From Eledone cirrhosa (Eukaryota): 64,000 nucleotides of DNA. The DNA lies in the NCBI GenBank assembly GCA_964016885.1, contig OZ024742.1, forward strand, positions 173,848,001 through 173,912,000, read 5' to 3'. Below the pieces are notes generated by a model that saw only the letters and a list, made by a program, of their open reading frames with translations, was not told where the DNA came from and did no database searches. The translations under genes and the position numbers were made by a program. Of this stretch, positions 52,313 to 64,000 are shown one piece after another. Each line of letters begins with the position of its first letter. Position 1 is the first letter of the stretch.

Positions 52313-55300
52313 TATACATACATACATACATACATACATACATACATACATACTTGTGTGCATTGGTAAGTGTAAAAGTAGTGATATCAAATCGAATGGC
52401 AAAGGCAGTGTGTCAGAGAAAAGATAGCCATGTTAGCCGATAGAGTCATTGTGTCGAAAATATTATCACTGAAGTAACAAAGGATCTGTTGCTTGTATGA
52501 CACACTGATTCATAAAAGCCTCCAGCAATTCACTGAAGATCTGAGAGAATCAATGGCGAACTCTCTCTCCAAATCAAATAATCGTTGTTGTATTTGTGCT
52601 AGTGAAAGATTTCACTGCTTATTCAAATCAACATCTCTCGTTTCTTTTCTTCTAATTGTAATAGTAATCAGAAGTAGACATCAAGTTGTAAAACTAGTTA
52701 ACATAATGCCAAAATATTAGAGCAGTTTCATATTGTTTAGCTTGTCTGTTCTCACAACATTTAATGTTGCTTTATATTCATCAAAGATTGTATTGAAATG
52801 GTAAGTGTGCTTCAATAGAAATGTCTGTGTCTTATATTTCTAGACTCAGGATAGCTTGAAGAAGATAAATTTGTTTTCTTATCGGCAATTATTAATGAGA
52901 AATGGTGCAATTGAAGGAATGTAATTGGTCATCAGACCCGCTATTTTTAGTTACAAATGTATCACCAATCAATAGAGTTATCTAAAGTAACTATTCTTAT
53001 CCATCCATTATTGAAAAACCAAAAGAATTATATACTAGCTAATCATTGGAAGAACTTGGTGAAGGAACCAATTTTCTGATAAAAACACTAATATGATGAT
53101 ACAACCCAAATGATTTTTAACTTGAAACTTTCTTTCTTTCTTTCAACATTACTGAAGACATTCGACAGGAAAGAAAATCAACTTCTTGTACAGAAGCGTT
53201 TCCACTTTTTACGTCTATGAACTAAACCATAATTGAATGGAAGAAAAGTTTTCCAAGAAATGATGACTGCTTCTAGCATTCTGAACATGAGAATTCTCTC
53301 TCAGAAAGATAAGTTTACCAAATAAATGATTTAAAGGTCACTAGCGTCGAAAAAAATATTAATACGATAAAGTGTGCTATAGTTCAAAGATGGAATATTA
53401 GCAGACGAGGTGGTATGTTTCCATGTTGAAGTAATTATAAGGAGGAGGAGAGGAGGAGGAGTAGGAGATGGGAGGAGGAGTGTTTTAAAGTTTGTAACCG
53501 CTTTGAAAGAAATTACATTATTCCAAGTAAAATCATGCTTCAAAATACAGACAATCTCGGTGAGTTGGTGCACCAGTTCTTGTGCACTACATTTACACTC
53601 TCAGATTTAATTTACTTTTAATAAAACTATACTTAACATTCATATTTATAATGATGATTGATCCTCTGCCAGTTTCAACAATGAGCATTCAGTCATTCAA
53701 TCAAATATATATTTGATTCATCAATTAATGTGCATTCCACCAAAATGTGTATCATTAACATAATTACCAACCCAAATGAACATGACATAATATGACAAGG
53801 ATGGTCCTTTAAATTACAGGTACAATCAATCTAATAGACTTTCACACAATTTGTGTCGGTCCAGTTTCACTGATAAGACCTCAGTTAAGGCTAAGGTTGA
53901 GATACATGCTTCAGATGCCATGCAGTCGGTTGGAAACTAGAACCTAATGATTGCTGAGTTATGATCACTGACAATGTCATTTTGTAGTGGAAAAGACATG
54001 GTTGACTGAATAAAACTTTGATTTATTATGGTTAATACATTGGAATCAAACTCAGGCCCGTTTGATTGCTGTGTCCATACTGATACAAAGTTATGATCAA
54101 TGACAATGTCATTTTGAATTGGAAAAGACACAGTTGAGTTGATTTAACTTTGATATAGTATGCTTAATGGTTTAATTAACAGTAAGGTATGAACTGTAAA
54201 TGTTAAGGAGATTTTGATTTAAAATCAGAACATTAGAAGCCAGAAATAGATATAACAGTGAATCAAGGTCAGCTTGCTATCATACACATCAAGTCCACTA
54301 TTCAAATATCACTATTAATAAAGAGAACACTTAATTTCTTTGATACTGTCAAAGGTTATTGTAGGCCAGTGGGGCTGTTGTCAATGTTGTTGCAATCGTT
54401 CTGTCTCTTCTTGATTGGAATTGCTTGAATATTTATATTAATGCAAACAGGAAAGAAAAAAGACTAACTTCATATCTTTCTTTTATGTACCTGTAAAACT
54501 AACTACACCACTGATTTATGAACCATTCTTGAGAATAAATAACAATACATATGGTATTACATCCATCTTCATGGTTTTATGCCTCATTCTTCAGACTCCA
54601 AGCTCTGTAGAGATTATCTTCATCGTTTCTCATTTCAAGTTTGGATGGATGTTTAACAGTAAAATACTGGGTCAAGTTAATTGACTAATTATTCAATACC
54701 AAGTTATAGATCCAAAACATACATTTCTTCTTATAAATAATGTGTTTTGGCACCCTATCAGGTAGCTGAGAGCAACTACATATTCAATTAACTTCTCTTG
54801 CCCTAGGTCATATGGCTTGCTATTTTTCTTTTTTACTGCAATGACTATGGTAATATTCATAGATTTCAGAATAAAAATAACTTAAATAAAGGTCTCACAA
54901 GTAAATGTTATCTTAAGAGCAAATAATATATGGTAGAAGTGCCACTTGTTTCTACAAATAGTTCAACTTATAAAAACTAACATACTATGCTATATAATAT
55001 CGATTTCATGCTTGGAGGTCGTTAATAATTAGAAACGTTTAGTGATGAATTTTAGAAGTGGAATTTCCCTAGTGTCATTTAATGTAGCATTTCATATAAA
55101 GTATTATGGTTGAAGAAGATATATATTTTAAAGTGATATATTGAAATGAATAACTTACAAATTGTTGTTGTTGTCATTATTATTATTATTATTATTTTCT
55201 GTTGCAGATATATACAATCACCTGCTGGATTGTTTCCTATAACCAGGGGCAAGGAAACTTATTGGGAGTTAGTAGCTGCTTTCAGCAACCTTTATGTAAA

Positions 55301-55357
55301 ATCACAACATTTACAAAATGAAATGTATACATTGTGAGCATAACTTTGTGTTTCATG

Positions 55358-55402
<45 letters not shown>

Positions 55403-55408
<6 letters not shown>

Positions 55409-57110
55409 ACATAGTTAAAACAATTAGGACCAAGTCCAACCTGCTCCAGTGGGAGAACAGCGACTCCGTAATTAAGTGGTTTAACTCCTTAAAATCCAAA
55501 AAAGCGAAGCTCACACAGTTTGACATTGTCGATTTTTACCCGTCGATCGCAGAGACCCTGTTAAACAAAGCGTTGGACTTCGCTACCACTTATACCACCG
55601 TCGATGGTTTAGATAGGGAAATCATCGCTCACTGCCGGAAAACCCTTCTCTTCAACGATGGAGCAAAGAAATCTACATCTTCAGACCTGTTCGACGTCTC
55701 CATGGGATCGTTTGACAGTGCTGACGTATGTGACTATGTTGGCATTTTTATCTCAGACATATTATGTGTTAGATTCCCGGACTTCCACACGGGAATATAC
55801 CGTGACGATGGACTGACTTTATCGAGCCATAAAAGTGGTCACGACCTCGACCGGTTTAAAAAAGACTTAGCTTCTACCTTCAATGAGTTACGTCTTAGGA
55901 TAACAGTAGCCACCAACCTCTCTAGCGTAGATTTCTTAGACATTAAATTAGACCTTCGCGCACACACACACACATACCCTTCCATAAGCTAAACGAGGAA
56001 CTTAATTACATTCACAAGGACTTATGCCACCCTCCCACTGTTTTTAGAAACTTCGTTAAGAATATCAGTACTAGAATCTCAAACCTCTCCTCTAATAAGG
56101 CTATATTTGACAGGGTGGCACCCTAATATAACACGGCGTTGGCTAACAGTGGCTTCACACAACCTATCACTTACTCTCCCACTAGCAACAACACCATTAA
56201 GAAAAGTAAGCGCAACAATAGACAAACTATCTGGTTATCTCCTCCCTTCACACTCAACGTTAAAACCAATGTAGGAAAATAATTTCTAGCCCTCTTAGAT
56301 AGACACTTCCCCATATGTCATAAATACCGCTACGTCTTTAACCGACACAAAGTTAAACTAGGATACTTCTGCGCTAAGAACATGAAGGCCCACATCACCA
56401 GCAGCACTAGGAGCAACACCCCACCAGGGTCTCTTGCCGTAAGCCTGAAATTTGCCCCCTTCAACAGCAATGCGACACACCAGCTGTAATCTATGAAGCT
56501 GTGGTCACTTCCAACCGACCAAACGAACCACAGGAGGTCAAATCATATGTGGGCATAGTGGAGGGCCGATTCAAGGAACGTTTCCTGAACCACCAGTCTA
56601 CATTCAGATACCCGGACAGACGTTCATCCACGAAACTCGCGAGCCACGTATGGTCCCTCAAGGACTCAAGTATAGACGACTCCATTCAATGGAAAGCCAT
56701 CACTAAGTCCAAGCCATACGCAAGGGGAAATCCGACGTGTGGCTTATGTATTGACGAACGAATAACTATTCTAAAGAGATTACGCAATAGTGATTGCCTA
56801 AACACGAGAAGTGAATTTGTAACACCTTGTCCACACGTCGCCAAACACCTATTGCATAACTACAAGGCTCCGGACTGATTCTTTGTAATTTGTTTTCAAC
56901 CTAAAAACTGTTCGGACTTTCGCAGTTATCTCCCTTACACCTGTCGCACGCAGTCTAGTATTGCCTGTATGAAGTGACCGGGTTTCTCCGCATGCGCGTT
57001 CGTACGGTTGTCCTTCCTGTTCCTATAACCATGCCCATTCCGAGCTGAAGATCTGTAAGGTGAAACAATTGTCCTCGGTATGGTGAACTAACTGTTGTGT
57101 AACCACTTCT
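55403..57110 (+). mobile_element. 5'-truncated, frameshifted PLE, Naiad-like, between (TA)n tracts
   Basis: QFDIVDFYPSI, FDVSMGSFDSADVC, GIYRDDGL, VDFLDIKLDL, VIYEA..SYVG..FKERFLNH, CGLC..LNTRSE..CPH; 3' hammerhead. Confidence 0.85.
57035..57083 (+). ncRNA. Minimal type-I hammerhead with canonical core
   Basis: CCGAG-CUGAAGA-UCU GUA AGGU-GAAA-CAAUUG-UC-CUCGG. Palindromic stem III and GUC triplet. Confidence 0.88.
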
Positions 57111-57144
57111 ATATATATATAAATATATATATATATATACACAT

Positions 57145-57192
<48 letters not shown>

Positions 57193-57256
57193 CAAAAGTG
57201 GTGTGGTAACGAACCAGGTGGACCATAGCGCACCAGAGTACTCGATATTTTGGGTA

Positions 57257-57357
57257 ATAGGGAAATGTTCAGGACCCAAATGGCAGAGCTCAAGCCGTTT
57301 CGACGGTTATTTCTGGACTCCAGAGCTCTGCCATCGGTGTCCTGAACATTTTCCTAT
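57257..57357. repeat. Small foldback (57257-57291 / 57323-57357) derived from the 45886 hammerhead family (3' half only)
   Basis: Minus strand agtccagaaataaccgtcgaaacggcttgagctctgcc matches 45935-45972. Confidence 0.75.
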
Positions 57358-57415
57358 ATATAAATTGTTCAGCCCATGCAAGCATTGCAAAACAGACATA
57401 AAAGTAATGATGATT

Positions 57416-57457
<42 letters not shown>

Positions 57458-58123
57458 TACACGGGTGTGTATGATTCTGTATAGAAGATTATATTAATAA
57501 AAGGAATTCTAACTTTGTCTGATTTACTCGTTTTATTTATAATCCTTTAAAATTTATAATGGTATTGGAATGAAATAGTATGGTAGAATATTAAATGTTA
57601 AGGGTTAATTCAACAAGTACTTTCGTTCTTTCGCAATCTTCAGGTTTATATTCTGTGGTGACAGTCAAGTCTGCAATTTTCAACTGTAATGAGATGGGTC
57701 AATTTTGTGCCTTATATACAGTGAAAATCGGCTACAGAATGCTAGATTCTGCAAACTGTATTTTGACCAATCGGTGTGTAGTTTCACTGGATTACTAAAG
57801 CTGATTGGTTTAGGCGTCACGGTTGGTTGAGCATGTCTAACGACTATTTGACCCTATCCAAAGCATCAATTGGTTTGCTATTTTTAGAAATGATGAAAAT
57901 ACCATTTTCTAGTAATCATCACCATCAACATCACTTCCATTATTATTACTGTTGTTGTTAGTGGTAGTGTCGACATGGTCGTAGTTATAGTAGGTTATAT
58001 AGGATTAATAGTGAATTAGTTACTCTTAACAAGTTCATAATATATAGAAAAACATTTTTTGGAATTGTATTTGGTAGTATAGAGAGAACTGGATTACAAT
58101 AAGCAGTTATCTGCTTTCCTAAC

Positions 58124-58215
<92 letters not shown>

Positions 58216-58349
58216 GAAGTGAGGTTTTTTTTACAAAATGAAAAATAACCGAGGTGTCCTACACGAGTGAGAGTATAAAGAAAAAGAGATGTAATAGAAA
58301 ATGCAACTGGAGTCTTATTTTTTTTTTAAATATATATATTTATTTGGTT

Positions 58350-58387
58350 CCTTTACCGGTTTCGCAGTTCTTCTGCTTTTCAAAAGG
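58350..58387 (-). ncRNA. Minimal hammerhead, U3:A8 core variant
   Basis: CCUU-UUGAAAA-GCAG AAGAA CUGC-GAAA-CCGG-UA-AAGG. Confidence 0.8.
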
Positions 58388-58462
58388 TGAGTTGAGATGG
58401 AGGGTCTGTGGTTTTTCTCACATCGGATGTGAGAAAAACCACAGACCCTCCATCACAACTCA

Positions 58463-58500
58463 CCTTTTGAAAAGGAGAAGAACTGCGAAACCGGTAAAGG
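58463..58500 (+). ncRNA. Minimal hammerhead, U3:A8 core variant (one stem II mismatch)
   Basis: CCUU-UUGAAAA-GGAG AAGAA CUGC-GAAA-CCGG-UA-AAGG. Confidence 0.72.
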
Positions 58501-58569
58501 AACCAAATAAATATATATATTTTAAAAAAAAATAAGACTCCAGTTGCATTTTCGATTTCATCTCTTTTT

Positions 58570-58616
<47 letters not shown>

Positions 58617-58744
58617 AAAGTTCTATTTAAAGTTGTTGGGATACAACAAGTAAATATTTTTATAACTGATATAAAGCACTCGACAAGTTTTTGGAGTAGA
58701 TATACGATATTAATAAATGGAAACTATATTTATAAAACCATATT

Positions 58745-58809
58745 TATTTCATTATACATATTTCAGGGATACCACATTAAATTATGGTATGCCCTCATCA
58801 GACAAAATA
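58745..58809 (-). ncRNA. Type-I hammerhead motif
   Basis: UAUUUUGU-CUGAUGA-GGGCAUACCAUA AUUUAA UGUGGUAUCCCU-GAAA-UAUGUA-UA-AUGAAAUA. Confidence 0.75.
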
Positions 58810-58831
58810 CAATATATAACAGTTTTACAAA

Positions 58832-58896
58832 TATTTTGTCTGATGAAGGCATACCATAATTTAATGTGGTATCACTGAAATATGTATAATGAAATA
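58832..58896 (+). ncRNA. Type-I hammerhead motif
   Basis: UAUUUUGU-CUGAUGA-AGGCAUACCAUA AUUUAA UGUGGUAUCACU-GAAA-UAUGUA-UA-AUGAAAUA. Confidence 0.7.
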
Positions 58897-58935
58897 AATA
58901 TGGTTTTATAAATATAGTTTCCATTTATTAATATC

Positions 58936-58993
<58 letters not shown>

Positions 58994-59009
58994 ATATATA
59001 TATATATAT

Positions 59010-59135
59010 TATTTATTTACTATGGCTAAGTAATGAGTCCTGTGTTACTTTGAAGTTTCACCTGCACACATGTCTATATCCTGCAGGTGAAACTCCATAG
59101 TAACAAGATTCACTTCTTAGCCATAATAAATGAAT
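59010..59135. repeat. Imperfect ~55-bp-arm foldback next to (TA)n
   Basis: tatggctaag...gtttcacctgca / tgcaggtgaaac...cttagccata. Confidence 0.8.
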
Positions 59136-59329
59136 TTTAAAACTCTACATTGGTATTGATTACTTTTTTCTTTCTTCCACCAAAAGTATATAAGGTATAA
59201 TATAATAAATTAAGTGTAAAGAGCATAATTCGATGGTGTATCACATTAATTTACTGCTACCCTGTAATCTGTACTTTATACTTAGGTTAAGAGTATTTTT
59301 CACAATATATGTAGTGCTATGGAAAACTA

Positions 59330-59760
59330 TTCTCTGAATTTCCTGATGAGATGCTTCACCTGGGATATTTCTAATATTTTTTTTACAATCTTTTCTTTTC
59401 TCACCTAAGACCTCCATAATGAATGTGACTATTTACATTTCATAGTTCCATATCTTTTTAATCTCGATATCTAGATCTTTGTATTTGCTTCCATTTTTAA
59501 ACTCTTTTACTGATATGTTATATATTTTTTTTTTCTGGTGATATTTGACTAAAACAACTAGTAAAGTATTTTCCATCTTCTTATATGTGTGCATTGATGT
59601 ATCCCAATGTATACTTGCTTTGTCATTCTCTAACACCTTTCCTTGCGTATGCTTATACCACCTCTTTTCTAGTGGGACTTCAAAAGGCTGACATAAACTC
59701 CAATACATGTAAATTCCAACGCAGCGTATTTATCAATATATTGTGTATTGGCTAAGATTG
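59330..59760 (-). mobile_element. Decayed R4/Dong LINE endonuclease end
   Basis: WYKH..KVLENDKASIHWD..NISVKE..SKYKDLDIEIKKIW. Confidence 0.7.
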
Positions 59761-59847
59761 GGTAATGAGAGACAATGTAGTTAATTGTTTCTTCCCCATC
59801 TTCATATAATCTGCAGTAGATGTATTCTGCTTCATTGTGTGTGTGTG

Positions 59848-59909
<62 letters not shown>

Positions 59910-60295
59910 CGCGTTCGCGCGTGTGTGTGTGTGTGATCAGAATACTAAGAATACTACACAGGCTATGGAATGATTATTTAGATTTAGGTTCATGAGCCCT
60001 AACCAGTTATTTTGTAATTTATTCCAATGCATGGGTAGCTGGTCTGAATAATGCTCTGTTTCTGTTTGTGTTGTACAATAATTTGTTAATCTGTAATCTG
60101 TGAGTAATTTGTAATATGTTTTAGGCCTCAAAACATTTGTTTACATTCATCTATCACATATTCTAAGTCCTTGTATTTTTCATTCATTTATTTGGCAATG
60201 ATAGTTCTTACTGAATATTCACTGTAGCAATGACAGCACCAGATATTCCTAAACAAGATAGGCATGCAGTTTTCTTCTGTCTAGATACTGTAGCG

Positions 60296-60775
60296 AGTGG
60301 GTCTGTGGTGGACACGATTAAAGGACCTCATCACCCGAAGCCCTCATCAATGTCTTCATGTTCCACTTGGAAAGGAAGCTGAGGGTGGAGAGAGAAGTGC
60401 TGCCCTTAGTATATTTTTTAAAAAGTTGGTGAATATAAGGGGAATAGCCTAAATGAATGGACATACTGTGGCCATGTGCCTGTAGGGTGGGGAGTTTAGA
60501 GAAGAGAGGAACGCTCTCATAGGGTGCTCTTGGAGAGACCCTTATAGGGTCCTCTTTGAGAGTAGGGAGGTTTAGAATAGGCTGGGTCCCTAAGTCATCC
60601 CTGGCTGGTTCTACCCCCATTGGAGAATTTTTATTGTTAAAATTATCTTATTTATTGTCATCTGTTTATTTCTTCATGCATTTTGAATTTTCTCATCTTA
60701 TTTTAAATCCCGTGTCCCTGTCTTTTGTATTATCCTAGACGGTTTGGCTCTTGTGGCCAAGAAAGAAATTACTAT
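60296..60775 (+). mobile_element. Probable Tx1/L1-clade LINE 3' end (ORF2 C-terminus and 3' UTR)
   Basis: Frameshifted + strand WWTRLK..EALINVFMFHLERKLRVEREVL.., then a T-rich UTR ending in an (ATT)-type tail. Confidence 0.5.
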
Positions 60776-60795
60776 TATTACTATCAGTATTGGTA

Positions 60796-61660
60796 GGCAG
60801 TGGTTTGGCAGTATCTTTAGAGGGTCAGACGCCATGCTTAGCAACATAGAGTTACGTCCCTTTGCTGTCTGGGTTAACTTTAATTTCATCCTTACGAGGT
60901 CAATAAAATAAAACACCAGCAATGTACTGCGGCCGATTTAATCAACTTTCCTCTGTCACCAAATTACTGGCTTTGTGCCTAAACTAGAAATCATGATTAC
61001 CAGTTTGGTGGTGGATTGGCAGAATTAATATTATTATTATCAGAAGGGCGGTGAATTGTCAGTATCGGTAAAGGGTTGGACGCCATGTTTTCTAGCATAG
61101 TTACGTCCCTTTGCAGTCTGAGTTCAAATCCCACCGAGGTTAACTTTGCCTTTCATCTTACGGGGTCGATAAAATAAAGTACCAGTAATCTACTGCGTAA
61201 TTGCTGGCCTTGTTCCTAAAGTAGAACAATTATTATCAGAAGGGTGGTGGATTGGCAGTATCAGTAGAATGTTGGACACTATGCTTCCCAGCATAGAGTT
61301 ACGGCCCTTTACGTTCTGATTTCAAATCCTGCCAAGACTAGCTTTGCCTTTCATCTTTCAATAAAATAAAGTACCTGTAATGCCCAAAATTGTTGGCCTT
61401 GTGCCTAAATCAGAAATCATTATTATGCACTGGGTAATTGCTGGCCTTGTGCCTAAAGTAGAAACAATTATTATTAGCATCATATTGACAGAGGGTCGGA
61501 CACCATGCTTTGCAGCATAGAGTTATGTCCCTTCATGGTCTGAATTCAAATGCTGCCAAGGTTAACTTTACCTTTCATCCTTATGGGGTCGATAAAATAA
61601 AGTACCAGTAATGCACTAGGATAATTGCTGGTCTTGTGCCAAATATAGAAACAATTATTA
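60796..61660 (+). mobile_element. Head-to-tail array of SINE family C (4 near-full copies plus fragments)
   Basis: Units start at ~60796, 61047, 61242 and 61485, each ending in tagaaacaattatt-like tails. Confidence 0.88.
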
Positions 61661-62435
61661 TTAGTATTATCATTACCTGGCTCTGTTAGGTTTGTAGTTG
61701 CTTATTATATGTTTGCTGATATTTCATCCCTCTGTTGGGATGTATACATTTAACATGTTATGCTATGGTTCAATATTTGTGTTGTATATACTTTTATAGT
61801 GTGGGTTGTATTGTATGTATTACTCTCTGATTTAGTATTTCTCTATTTATAGTTTCCTACTCAGCTAAAGATATTCAGTCATTAAATTTTTTCCTTAAAA
61901 CATTTCCTTCTACATTCAATAATTTTATGCTATTTATTTGTAGGCAAATCTCAGGATTAGCTTTTTTTCACCAGATTGAGTAAGTCAATTTTAAAATATT
62001 ACCTAAAGGCTTTACATTGGCAGTAAAAAGGCTTTTATGTGATCTAAGTATTCAGTACTGGTCCATTTGTGTCAAATTCTTTTATTATTACTATTAATAT
62101 TATTATTGTCATGTTAGTGTTGCTGGTGGTGATGGTGGTGGTGGTCGGTGAAGGTTGGTTTTGGCTGTGCTTACTATTATAGCGGCAACATTCATGATTG
62201 GAGACTTTGACAGTGGTGGGAAATCAAGTTCAAGTAAATATTCTGCTGGATTCTTGGTTTGGGTGTTGATAAAATAAAGTACCAGTAACGCATTAGTGTC
62301 AATTGACTTTCCTCTCACCCAAAATTACTGGCCTTGTGCCTAAATCAGAAACCATTATTATTATTATTATTTTTTTATTTGTTATTATTATTATTATTAT
62401 TATTATAATTATTATCTACTACTACTACTACTACA

Positions 62436-64000
62436 GATATGCCTGTCGTCCACTCCATTGGGTGTGGAGACAGGACACAATAATTACCATCACATCCGGT
62501 CCCTTCTGTGATAGAGGCAGTATCATCTCAAAACGACATCACCACCACTGGCACCACCACCACCACCGCCACCACCACCACCGCCACCATCGCCACCACC
62601 ACCTCAACAACAACCTAGAACAACAACGATAATAAAACCGACAGTCCCAATGTAAACACTGATGGCGGTGGCAACAGCAACAACAAACAAAACAACAACA
62701 ACACCACCAACAACAGCAAGAACGACAACACCACCAACAAGAGCAACGGAGGCACCATGTTTGCAACGGCCGCAATGAAAACAAAGCGCTTCTTCAATAT
62801 AGATATAGATATTAGCGATAAGGAACAACAGTTGGCCCAGGCATGGAGGTTAATTAAACGAGAGAAGTCCTGGGCAAACCTAACCATCCCGGACGAGGCA
62901 ATAGCAGCCATGTAAAGGAGGACGGTGTACTTTCGATGCATTTCAATGCAGACACGGCAAGTGGTACTCGCCACAGCCAAGCAGAAGTCGAGGCTTCTTT
63001 AAAGTGCATCGGAAGTGACATCGAGTACAAAGCAAGGGCCAAGCAGTTCATTATCATCTCGGTACTGTTCAAAACCGAGGCCTTTGCTATTAAGCACTCG
63101 GTGACCCCCTGCAGAGCGGAACGCATTATCATGCACCCGTCCTACATGGGTAAAAGGACAGTAAAGGTACGCATTCCAAGGACCCTACCAGGAATGAACA
63201 TATTGTGGCTCCTGGGATGCGTAATCGAGGAGAGGACAGACACTAACCTCCTAGATATCAAAAAGACAGAGAGAGAAGACTGGTCCGGAATGGATTTAGA
63301 GATTCTTCTCCAAATGAAACCAGAGGACATCAACAACATCCCGGATTTGCCAGACTGCAGGACGGGACAACAATCCAATTAATCACAGAGGGAGGAAGGC
63401 CGCACTGCTTTGTCTGCAGGGAAGCAATGCATCTGTGTAACCTTCTGCCCTCAGCTCAAAAATACAGAGGGTTGCAAACCTCCTTTGCTGCCAACGCTAG
63501 TGTCAGCACGGAAAGCTGCACAACCACCACCAAAAACAACACCAACAATGACACGGATAATCCCACCAACATCAAAAACAGCCGGACCACCACCAGTACC
63601 GAGACCAATACAAGGGGAAAACGAGGAAAGCTCTCCCACTCCCTCTTCCCCACCAATTATACACATAGACAAAACCATATATGCACACACAGACACAGAT
63701 ACACTCACAGCCACAGACCCTTTGTCTTCCAAAAGTGCCAAAAAACAAAAGAAAAACTCACCCCCCCAAAAAAAAGCCCAACAAAATGCAAATACATACA
63801 CAACTAAAAATACAGACACCACTAGCGCAAACACTTCCCCAATAACATCAACATCAACACCACCCCTACAATCCCCGAAACGCAAACAACCTAAACAAAC
63901 ACGAGAACAAATAAACACACAGACACCTGAAATTGCAGACACCACACCTAGAACAAACACTGGCATACCCGAAACAACACCACGAAAACCATCACCACCA
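62436..64000 (+). mobile_element. Probable 5' part of a Tx1/L1-clade LINE: frameshifted gag-like ORF1 with CCHC knuckle, then Thr/Asn/Pro-rich low complexity; runs off the window
   Basis: HPSYMGKRTVKVRI; TIQLITEGGRPHCFVCREAMHL (C-x2-C-x4-H, last Cys frameshifted) near 63370-63450. Confidence 0.6.

Larger units (their letters stand above)
58274..58576. mobile_element. Near-perfect 303-bp palindrome (centre 58425) with a hammerhead variant in each arm
   Basis: ...ggtttttctcacatc g gatgtgagaaaaacc...; (TA)n on both sides. Confidence 0.92.
58701..58940. mobile_element. Foldback (58701-58809 / 58832-58940) with a hammerhead in each arm
   Basis: Arms are near-identical reverse complements with a 22-bp spacer; ends in (TA)n. 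Confidence 0.9.

Noticed and set aside
52490-53400. Coding-looking unique sequence (possible old pseudogene or transposase)
   Set aside because: Only short open stretches with no recognisable motif; BLASTx would be needed
53957-54169. ~80-bp diverged direct repeat with 132-bp period
   Set aside because: Ordinary local duplication with no further structure
55403-57110. Selenoprotein coding (UGA-Sec plus SECIS), which is known in some Naiad PLEs
   Set aside because: The linker and C-terminal cysteines I can read use TGC/TGT. The 3' UTR ATGA near 56969 lacks the apical AA and matching GA of a SECIS.

Overview
AT-rich, repeat-saturated eukaryotic non-coding DNA. The SINE/LINE repertoire and the (TA)n density resemble an octopod cephalopod genome (inference). 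I can support no host protein-coding gene. Most long ORFs in the track are microsatellite read-throughs, and the real ones are retroelement remnants: RTE LINEs (one family has a PHD-type finger inserted inside the RT), R4/Dong-type REL-endonuclease LINEs, Tx1/L1 fragments and three Penelope-like elements (PLEs). There are also tRNA-derived SINEs, two MITEs and a probable solo LTR. The main structure the ORF track misses is about 15 type-I hammerhead ribozyme (HHR) motifs from roughly 8 unrelated sequence families, folded by eye. Most sit in short foldback (inverted-repeat) cassettes embedded in (TA)n tracts, and one family has a compensatory U3:A8 core. There are also repeated signs that (TA)n-associated events create new (TA)n tracts and inverted copies of nearby DNA. 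All coordinates were read by eye, and element boundaries are approximate.
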